In this document: in pieces, positions 36,109-42,265 of the stretch
Layout of the letters: each line of letters opens with the position of its first letter
Numbering within the stretch: the first letter of the stretch is position 1
Assembly (NCBI GenBank): GCA_022705845.1
Contig: JAKJDQ010000001.1
Span: forward strand, 1-42,265
Reading direction: 5' to 3'
From: Patescibacteria group bacterium
GTDB lineage: Bacteria; Patescibacteriota; Patescibacteriia; Patescibacteriales; Patescibacteriaceae
Length of the DNA stretch: 42,265 nucleotides
Translations under genes and position numbers: made by a program
The notes under the pieces: model-generated
Databases searched by the model: none
What the model was told of the DNA's origin: nothing
Seen by the model: only the letters and a program-made list of their open reading frames with translations

Positions 36109-38712
36109 TTAAGAAAGTATTTTATTTTCTAAAGCTTCCTCAAATTCCTTTTTTAATTTCTCGTTATAAAAAGGCAAACCTATAAGTTTAAAATGTTTGT
36201 TTTCTAACTTCAAATCTGTCTCTGCCTTGTTTTCTAATGTAAGCAAAAAATCTTGCTTCCAACCTTCTTTAGAATTTTCAAATCTCCCCTGTTTATCTTT
36301 AAACTGATCGCCCTTAGGTTCAATAAAAATCTGGTAAATATTAACAACTTTATTCCTTTTTTTGAAAATCATTATGAAGTCCGGCTCAAAAGGTCTTCCC
36401 TCATCAAAATCAAATACCTGAAAAAATTTTTCATTGCGGAGTAAGGCTATATCCGAATATTTTTGTCTTAACTTTTCTATAAATCCATCAATAAAACTGA
36501 TAAATTTCTGTTCTTCGTCTGTGCCATAAAATTCAGTCTGGGCATACCAATCTTTTTTAGCTAAATTAACATCTTCCAATTCTTTATTTTGAACTTCATC
36601 AATATCTATTTTGATTTTTTTATCTTTAAAAACCTGCCTCAACATTCTGGCTTTAAATAGGCGGGTTCCCACAAATTCTGAGGTGTTAACCTTCGCTTTT
36701 TCTGATATATTTTTCAACACAAACAAAGCCATATCCAATTTCGCAATTGGCATTAGTTGGTTTAATTTGTCCTTTGGGCCTGAAATTTCTATCTCGACTC
36801 CACCCAAATAACGAGAAGAGGAAATGAATTCTCTAACTGATTTAATGTGTGGAAAATATCTTTTTAATGTTTCAAATTTATAGAACTCAAATTTATCTAA
36901 TGCGCCTCTAACTATATTCTCTCCAAAATCAGAAAGTTTATATTTTATTTTACTTTGCTCCACATCTTTTACGGATTTTGATTCCCCTTTTTCCTCAAAA
37001 ACAACATCTTCTCTAAGTTCACCGGTTCTCAGTTTATATGAGTAAGTGCGCTCAATTCTTGCATCATCTAAACTAAGAATCTCTGTCCTTGGGTTCGGCA
37101 CCCTATCATTTATGAAAACTACACCATTTTTCCAAAAGTCAGTCTTTTTAAAAGAATCCTTAATGAATAGGTCTTTTTGAACATATTTTTCTGGTATAAT
37201 TCCCATTTCTGTGAGAGTGCTTTTTATTTCATCAATATATTTAGGATTGTGTGCGCTGTGATAGTGCAATGTCTCCACAATTCGCAACTCGCTCTCAGTG
37301 TCTTTATCAAACTTCCTTTTATATTTATCCTCTGTTTCATCTAATTGAAATGGAAAATATCTTGCTCCTCTGCCAATAAGTTGCGCCTCTCCCATTGTGG
37401 TATTGCCCGGCTTGTATTTGCCATGAACATATTTACCATCGCGCGTATCATACAATCGGACAATGTCAAATAAATTTAACACATCCCATCCTTCATTTAG
37501 CATATTTACTGCAAAAATTGCCCTTATTTCATTATTTTTATTCTCTAGCGAATTTAATTTTAATTGTCTTTCTTCATCAATATTTTCTGAATCTAAAAGC
37601 ATCACTTTTTCTTTTGAGAAATCTTCTTGCAACTCCTTAATTAAATTTTCAAAAGCTATATTCTCTTTTTTAAAATAATCAAACGCTTTTTCTAAATCCA
37701 TTCCTTTTGCGCGCGAAGATATTTCTTGAATATCTTGTGTTTTTAAATGTTTAATTTTTGCCAAAAACCCTTCATAATTTTCTTTTGATTCTTTTATGCT
37801 TTTTGACTTAAAAAGAATAACTGGCTTTAAATGTAATTTATATTTTTCTGCTATCTTCCGGCGATATTGGCTTAAAATGACTGCTTGTAATGCTCTATCT
37901 AATGGTTCTAAATCTGCTTGTAAAACCTCTATCTCTTTTGAATATTTATCTAATCTAAATTGCCTTAAGTCATACTGAAAAATGATCTTCTCTTCATATT
38001 TTTCTCTAATATTTTGATTACTCAAATCAATGGTAGCGGTAAATTCCAATAAAATATTTTTAGTATTACTATTTAATATTTTTTGAACTGTATATTCCCA
38101 ACTTTTTTCTAATTCAAGCTCTTGCCTGCCTTGTTTTGTAATTGTTTGTAAATGGTGCGCCTCATCAGAAATTAAAACAATTTCTTTGTCAGCAAAATCT
38201 TCATAGGTCAAAGCGTCTTCTTTTGGAAAATTTAAACGAATATGCAATCCTTGAATTGTTGTAAAAAGGATATTTATATCATCTGGACTGGCTGTTTCAA
38301 AATTTTGAACTTCTTTTACAAAAACTTCTTTTCCGCCAAATTTAATTTTTGGCGCAAAAAGATATTTTTCAGATAAAGTATTTAAGAAATTGTCTTTTGT
38401 TTTCTCAATAATATTTACACTATTCACAAAAAAGATAAAATTGCGATAGCCTTGCTTGTAAAGCTGTAAAATGTTGGCAGCCATAATCAATGTTTTACCG
38501 CTTCCGGTCGCCATATGAAATAGTAAATGTGCCGGATAAACTCGTTTTTGATAATCTTTAAAATAAAAATCAAAACGGCCAAGAGCTTCCTTTTGATATT
38601 CCCGCAACTCAAGTTTTGGATTCAAATTTTGAGCAACTTCATCGTCAATCCGTGAAGTAAAAAAATTCTGCCCAAAAGAGTCTTTTATTGAATTAAAAGC
38701 TTCGTAAAGCAT
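36109..38712 (-). CDS. res: Type III restriction enzyme Res subunit (SF2 helicase + C-terminal PD-(D/E)xK nuclease)
   Basis: 867 aa with ELREYQ.EA, motif I HMATGSGKT, motif II LISDEAHH, motif III EFTAT and motif VI QLIGRGARY. The C-terminal nuclease motif is FEPDFIMIF...IFIEPKG. Confidence 0.85.
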   Translation of the reverse strand: MLYEAFNSIKDSFGQNFFTSRIDDEVAQNLNPKLELREYQKEALGRFDFYFKDYQKRVYPAHLLFHMATGSGKTLIMAANILQLYKQGYRNFIFFVNSVNIIEKTKDNFLNTLSEKYLFAPKIKFGGKEVFVKEVQNFETASPDDINILFTTIQGLHIRLNFPKEDALTYEDFADKEIVLISDEAHHLQTITKQGRQELELEKSWEYTVQKILNSNTKNILLEFTATIDLSNQNIREKYEEKIIFQYDLRQFRLDKYSKEIEVLQADLEPLDRALQAVILSQYRRKIAEKYKLHLKPVILFKSKSIKESKENYEGFLAKIKHLKTQDIQEISSRAKGMDLEKAFDYFKKENIAFENLIKELQEDFSKEKVMLLDSENIDEERQLKLNSLENKNNEIRAIFAVNMLNEGWDVLNLFDIVRLYDTRDGKYVHGKYKPGNTTMGEAQLIGRGARYFPFQLDETEDKYKRKFDKDTESELRIVETLHYHSAHNPKYIDEIKSTLTEMGIIPEKYVQKDLFIKDSFKKTDFWKNGVVFINDRVPNPRTEILSLDDARIERTYSYKLRTGELREDVVFEEKGESKSVKDVEQSKIKYKLSDFGENIVRGALDKFEFYKFETLKRYFPHIKSVREFISSSRYLGGVEIEISGPKDKLNQLMPIAKLDMALFVLKNISEKAKVNTSEFVGTRLFKARMLRQVFKDKKIKIDIDEVQNKELEDVNLAKKDWYAQTEFYGTDEEQKFISFIDGFIEKLRQKYSDIALLRNEKFFQVFDFDEGRPFEPDFIMIFKKRNKVVNIYQIFIEPKGDQFKDKQGRFENSKEGWKQDFLLTLENKAETDLKLENKHFKLIGLPFYNEKLKKEFEEALENKILS

Positions 38713-38714
38713 AG

Positions 38715-39470
38715 TTAAACTATCTCCTCCACTACGTCCTCAATTAGTTTCAAATATTTATTTAAATAGAAATAGTCCGGCTCACTTTTTGCAGCTCTAG
38801 TTAAAATTTCAAATTCAGGATTTTCTTTATTATTTCGGTCAAAAAGTATCAATCCAACGCCGAATTTAAGACATAACGATTCAATTCTTTTAATATCGGT
38901 TCCGCGAGCATCTTTTGGAATTACCAAATATACCTTATGACTAAAAAGTTTATAAGAACAAACTTGTCCAAATGCAGTAATAAGTTGATTTATGTCGGTT
39001 TTTATTTCGGCGCTAATGACTTCAATTGGCGGCTGAATATGGCCAATTCCCAAAATTCTATAAGTTCCAATAACATCTGGCGTGCCCCACCTATCTTGAA
39101 ATCTATTGCCGCCCAACGCTACTGCTTTTGTGCATTCTTCTAAATCATTTATTAAATAGTCTGCGAATAATTTATAAAAATCTTCTTCTTTAATTTTCGT
39201 TTCTTCTTCATGTTCGATTGCTCCAAATTCCTTCTCTTTCAAATATTTCCGTAAAATATATAATCCTTTTTCTGGTCTTATTACGTCTTTAACCTCTCCT
39301 TTATCAATTTTTTGCTTAAATTCCCAAATAGTTCCGTGAATCGTATTTATTTTTGTATCCGGCAATAATTCACTTATGCTCCTCATTAAATCAGCATAAC
39401 GAATTCCTTTCGGTGAATTCTCTAAAATTTCCCTCGCAGTTTTAATTATTTGTTCTCGTTGTGTGGTCAT
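38715..39470 (-). CDS. Uncharacterised protein: N-terminal winged-helix (HARE-HTH/Mrr_N-like) + C-terminal PD-(D/E)xK nuclease-fold domain
   Basis: 251 aa. Residues ~5-75 have a wHTH-like pattern (IIKTAREILENSPKGIRYADLMRSISELLP......HGTIW.........V.R.EKGLYILRKY). The C-terminal half has E111/E112, GTP-D132-VIG, ISA-E155-I-K157 and Q169..Y173. Packed 12 nt after mod and 2 nt before res. Confidence 0.6.
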   Translation of the reverse strand: MTTQREQIIKTAREILENSPKGIRYADLMRSISELLPDTKINTIHGTIWEFKQKIDKGEVKDVIRPEKGLYILRKYLKEKEFGAIEHEEETKIKEEDFYKLFADYLINDLEECTKAVALGGNRFQDRWGTPDVIGTYRILGIGHIQPPIEVISAEIKTDINQLITAFGQVCSYKLFSHKVYLVIPKDARGTDIKRIESLCLKFGVGLILFDRNNKENPEFEILTRAAKSEPDYFYLNKYLKLIEDVVEEIV

Positions 39471-39482
39471 AAATTCTAAAAA

Positions 39483-41495
39483 TTAATTTCCATAAAACTC
39501 TCTATTTATTTTTTTATCTTCTTCATCAACTCCATATTCCTCGTCGTCAATTTCACTATAATTGACATAAAGATGGTTTTTGTCTAAACATTCCAGCAAG
39601 AATCTTCTTTGGTTTTCAATAGATAACTCTTCAAAATCTTTGGCGTTTTCATCAATGGCTTTTATATCAACTTTATAGCTTAAAAATACCTTTTCTTTCA
39701 TTATTTTCCATAATTGTTTCAATTCTTCTTTTGTTTTTGCTTTTTGAATTTTTTCAACAAAATTCTCATTCCATTTCGCAAGCTCTAAGTAAACAAAATC
39801 ACCCCCACCTTTCCAACCGACTTGTTTTGAAATGCCAGTTTGATCGCCATTAATAACATTGTTTAATCTAACTACCGCACTATTTTCTCCATAATCAAGT
39901 TGTTCTACTCCTATATACTGCCTCCCCATTTTATGAGCAACAGCACAAGTTGTGCCGGTACCCATAAAGAAATCTAAAACTAAATCACCTTCTTTAGTAA
40001 CTAAATCCAATACTATTCGAAGTAATTCTTCCGGTTTTTTCCCGTATTTCAGCGTTACACCACCCTCGTTAGCAATTCCCTGCCACAAATCTTTTGAAAT
40101 AAGATTGGTTAGTTGTTCTAGTTTAAATATCATTTTCTTTCTTCCTTGCTCTTTTATGACGGCATTTTCTCTTAAAAACAAAATACCTTCTTTTTTATAA
40201 ACATAATATTTCATCTTTTGCCCTTTATACTTACCTTTAGTTGGGGTATAATAATACGAGAACAAATCATTATCCGGTATCAATTCCTTTATTTTTTGTT
40301 CAATTCCGCCAGACAAAGTAGCAGTCCTAAATATTTTTTCAAAATTTTGAACATAAAATTCACTTACATTTTTGATTTCTAGAAAGTTTATTTTGCGAAT
40401 TACGTAGTCTTTCATTCTTCTGATCTCTATTTCCCCATTTTGCGTTTCTAATTTGCCAATTTTGTCTCCTTCGACACCTTCCGATTCAAAAAGCAAATTA
40501 TAACTTTCTATGGTCTTAGACTTTTCATCTACCATCTCTTTTTCTACTAAATTATTTATAGCTTCTATATCTTTTTTCCTTCCATAAACTAAAATATTTT
40601 CTTTAACATCGAAAATTAATCCGCCAGTTGCTACACCGGAAGGTGCTTTTATTTTTATTGCAATACTTGATATGAAATTTTCACGTCCAAATACTTCATC
40701 CATCAAAACCTTCAAATAAGCATGTTCCCGGTCGTCACATTGTACAAAAATAACCCCATCATTTTTTAATAAATTTTTAGCTACTTCTAACCTATTTTTC
40801 ATAAAAGTAAGCCAAGTAGAATGATTGAATGCATCATTATATTTAAAATCATCATTTCCGGTATTATACGGTGGATCAATGTAAATCAGTTTTACTTTTC
40901 CGGCAAAGCGTTTTTTAAGAGAGTGGATAGCTAAAAGATTATTACCTTTGATAATAAGATTATCTTTGATATCTCCGTTTTCGTCAGTTTTGAAATTATC
41001 TAATTTATGTTCACCATTTTTATCAATTCTTTTGGCGTTGGTAAAAACTTTGGGGTCAAGTAAACGGCTAATCTCATCCGGAGCCAATATTTCATTCCAG
41101 AAAATTTCATCTCGTTTTTGCTCTTCTTTTGTCATTCCACCCTCAAGAATACAATCTTTATAAGGCCAAGAAAGCACAACTTCTTTCTTCTCACTAATAA
41201 ATTCACCTTTTTCATCAACGAGTCCAATTTTATTTTTAAAAGTAGTATAACTATCTGGTAAAAATTGTTTATTGGAAACAAACTTAATAAACTTATCCTT
41301 GTCAAAAATTGTAGCTTTTCCAATTTGCTTAAAAAATACCGCTTTCATCTGCTCGTCTGATAAAAGACTCTCAATCATGTCCTTATCTAGTTTTATCGCT
41401 AACTCAATAACTTTATTCTTTAAAAGTTCGCCCTCGCTCACAAGGCGTTCATCTTTTTGAAGTAGATTTTTTAAATTGTCCAATATGCTTTCCAT
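39483..41495 (-). CDS. mod: Type III (beta-class) DNA methyltransferase Mod subunit, N6-adenine/N4-cytosine type
   Basis: 670 aa. Motif IV LIYIDPPYNTGND precedes motif I FFMGTGTTCAVAHKMGRQYIGVE (beta-class order), with a long variable (TRD) region between them and an N-terminal region typical of Type III Mod. Confidence 0.9.
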   Translation of the reverse strand: MESILDNLKNLLQKDERLVSEGELLKNKVIELAIKLDKDMIESLLSDEQMKAVFFKQIGKATIFDKDKFIKFVSNKQFLPDSYTTFKNKIGLVDEKGEFISEKKEVVLSWPYKDCILEGGMTKEEQKRDEIFWNEILAPDEISRLLDPKVFTNAKRIDKNGEHKLDNFKTDENGDIKDNLIIKGNNLLAIHSLKKRFAGKVKLIYIDPPYNTGNDDFKYNDAFNHSTWLTFMKNRLEVAKNLLKNDGVIFVQCDDREHAYLKVLMDEVFGRENFISSIAIKIKAPSGVATGGLIFDVKENILVYGRKKDIEAINNLVEKEMVDEKSKTIESYNLLFESEGVEGDKIGKLETQNGEIEIRRMKDYVIRKINFLEIKNVSEFYVQNFEKIFRTATLSGGIEQKIKELIPDNDLFSYYYTPTKGKYKGQKMKYYVYKKEGILFLRENAVIKEQGRKKMIFKLEQLTNLISKDLWQGIANEGGVTLKYGKKPEELLRIVLDLVTKEGDLVLDFFMGTGTTCAVAHKMGRQYIGVEQLDYGENSAVVRLNNVINGDQTGISKQVGWKGGGDFVYLELAKWNENFVEKIQKAKTKEELKQLWKIMKEKVFLSYKVDIKAIDENAKDFEELSIENQRRFLLECLDKNHLYVNYSEIDDEEYGVDEEDKKINREFYGN

Positions 41496-41499
41496 AGTT

Positions 41500-41709
41500 T
41501 TATTTAATTAAATCATCAATACCGACATCTAAAGCATCAGCGATTTTTTTGATGGTTTTAATTCTAGGGTCTGGTGTAGCCCCAGACTCAATTTTTGTAA
41601 TTGTATGTAAAGTAATACCAGCAAGTTTAGATAACTTGTCTTGGGAAATACCCAGTTTTGCTCGGTATCTTTTTATATTTTTTGCGATAGATGACATTTC
41701 CTTTGACAT
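41500..41709 (-). CDS. XRE-family helix-turn-helix protein (candidate controller/C-protein of the R-M operon)
   Basis: 69 aa with I+.+R...G.SQ..L....G......I..IE.G...P....I.KIA.AL.V..D.L, i.e. HTH_3. First gene of the operon, 4 nt upstream of mod. Confidence 0.85.
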   Translation of the reverse strand: MSKEMSSIAKNIKRYRAKLGISQDKLSKLAGITLHTITKIESGATPDPRIKTIKKIADALDVGIDDLIK

Positions 41710-41765
41710 TATAATATAATTTTACTATAACAACTTTACGGTCATTATTACTATTTGCTATTATT

Positions 41766-41794
41766 AGTATATGAAATCTATAGTGGAAAGTCAA
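41766..41794 (-). promoter_or_regulatory. Candidate sigma70-type promoter of the R-M operon (TTGACT-17-TATACT)
   Basis: Minus-strand -35 ttgact (41789-41794), exactly 17-nt spacer, -10 tatact (41766-41771), about 57 nt upstream of the HTH ATG (41709). An AT-rich dyad TACTA-N11-TAGTA (41749-41769) overlaps the -10. Confidence 0.5.
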
Positions 41795-41811
41795 ACAAAA
41801 TTAGTAAATAA

Positions 41812-41858
41812 TAGCCCGTCGCCTTCTGAAAAATTTTTGACAAAGCGAAAGAGCAAGC
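41812..41858. repeat. Right arm of the 47-nt imperfect inverted repeat bracketing the R-M cassette
   Basis: tagcccgtcgccttctgaaaaatttttgacaaagcgaaagagcaagc, 42/47 identical to the reverse complement of 36034-36080. The inner end lies 17 nt upstream of the -35 box. Confidence 0.85.
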
Positions 41859-41920
41859 GGACAGAAACACTGGGCGGGATTATTCAAAATCCCAGCCAAA
41901 GTCCAAAAAGTGATAATTAG

Positions 41921-42006
41921 CGGAGGAGAAGGGATTCGAACCCTTGATGCCATATAGGCATAGCGCTTTTCGAGAGCGCCCGATTCAACCACTCTCGCAC
42001 TCCTCC
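41921..42006 (-). tRNA. tRNA-Ser (anticodon CGA), class II long variable arm
   Basis: Reverse complement: acceptor ggaggag/ctcctcc, anticodon stem gcgct/agcgc with loop ct-CGA-aa, variable arm tatgcc-tata-ggcatc, T arm aaggg-ttcgaat-ccctt, discriminator G. No encoded CCA. The 3' end faces the R-M cassette. Confidence 0.9.
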
Positions 42007-42021
42007 ATTAAGCCAACTAAT

Positions 42022-42265
42022 TCATTGTTTATCTTGAATTAGTTGTTTTAATCTGTCAATCTCTGCCGTATTAAGCGACCGCACCGCCCCAATGGGCAGA
42101 CGACCCAACTTTAAAGGACCAAGTCCAGTTCTTTTTAGGTCAATCACTTCATAGCCTGCTAATTTTAGCAATAAACGAATCTGTCTCTTTTGACCTTGCT
42201 CTAAAATAATTTCTAACCGATCACTAGCCAATTGACGGCTTATTTTAGCTCTAGCTAAACTTTGG
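42022..42265 (-). CDS. Pseudouridine synthase, RsuA/RluB family (C-terminal part; 5' end beyond the window)
   Basis: The frame stays open to the window edge (...QSLARAKISRQLASDRLEIILEQGQKRQIR.LL...G..V..L.R...GPL.LG.LP.G..R.L). The E-G-x-x-RQIR motif is typical of the RsuA/RluB family. Confidence 0.7.
   Translation of the reverse strand, partial: QSLARAKISRQLASDRLEIILEQGQKRQIRLLLKLAGYEVIDLKRTGLGPLKLGRLPIGAVRSLNTAEIDRLKQLIQDKQ

Noticed and set aside
35860-36110. Direct repeat of the tRNA-Ser 3' end (att site) at the distal border of the islet
   Set aside because: I compared the last ~30 nt of tRNA-Ser (both orientations) with this region by eye and found no match. The only long-range repeat is the inverted 47-mer.
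35872-36185. 77-aa (minus) and 78-aa (plus) ORFs inside the GC-rich block
   Set aside because: They are mutually overlapping, Cys/Arg/Trp-rich and lack a Shine-Dalgarno sequence, and the plus-strand ORF runs antisense into res. I treated them as by-products of a GC-rich non-coding region.
36109-41495. Phase-variable simple-sequence repeats in mod/res
   Set aside because: The longest homopolymers I saw are about 7-8 nt A/T runs, expected at this AT content. I found no long poly-G/C or tetra/pentanucleotide repeat tracts.
36034-41858. Invertible promoter switch (phase variation) mediated by the inverted repeats
   Set aside because: The promoter and all four genes lie inside the repeats, so inversion would not uncouple promoter from genes. 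No recombinase is encoded locally. I retained this only as a generic inversion or excision possibility.
41801-41992. 63-aa minus-strand ORF
   Set aside because: It overlaps tRNA-Ser(CGA) and the right inverted-repeat arm. It has no RBS and an implausible composition, so it is not coding.
1-42265. CRISPR arrays, rRNA genes, transposases, integrases or prophage genes
   Set aside because: I recognised no regularly spaced direct repeats, rRNA-like sequence or mobility or phage structural genes anywhere in the window.

Overview
This window is an AT-rich bacterial chromosome segment. Its compact housekeeping genes, membrane pyrophosphatase, TrbC/VirB2-like pilin paralog, orphan solute-binding proteins and GT2-GT39 fusion best fit a streamlined Candidate Phyla Radiation / Patescibacteria-type genome; that placement is inference. 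Positions 1-35.8 kb are core genome. They carry rpmI-rplT-secG-hup, a three-tRNA operon, truB, glmS, hppA and gyrA. They also carry an MBL hydrolase, a UvrD-type helicase fused to a Cas4/AddB-like nuclease, an M16 peptidase, glyQS and a radC-like gene. An RNA-turnover neighbourhood follows (rpsO-NYN-pnp, rny, rnj), with xer, clpP, two solute-binding proteins and small hydrolases (MazG-like, HIT). I found seven tRNAs and no rRNA, CRISPR array, integrase or transposase. The only clearly accessory segment is about 35.87-41.92 kb, beside tRNA-Ser. It holds a markedly more AT-rich, tightly packed four-gene minus-strand operon behind its own sigma70-like promoter. The gene order is XRE-type HTH, then Type III Mod methyltransferase, then an uncharacterised 251-aa winged-helix + PD-(D/E)xK protein, then Type III Res helicase-nuclease. 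The promoter plus these four genes (5731 bp) are bracketed by a 47-nt imperfect inverted repeat (42/47 identical by hand alignment). On the left a roughly 49% GC, apparently structured non-coding block of unknown identity follows. I consider this non-canonical, repeat-bracketed Type III-like defence cassette the best candidate for something undescribed. All coordinates, motifs and counts come from reading the sequence by hand, and no database search was possible.
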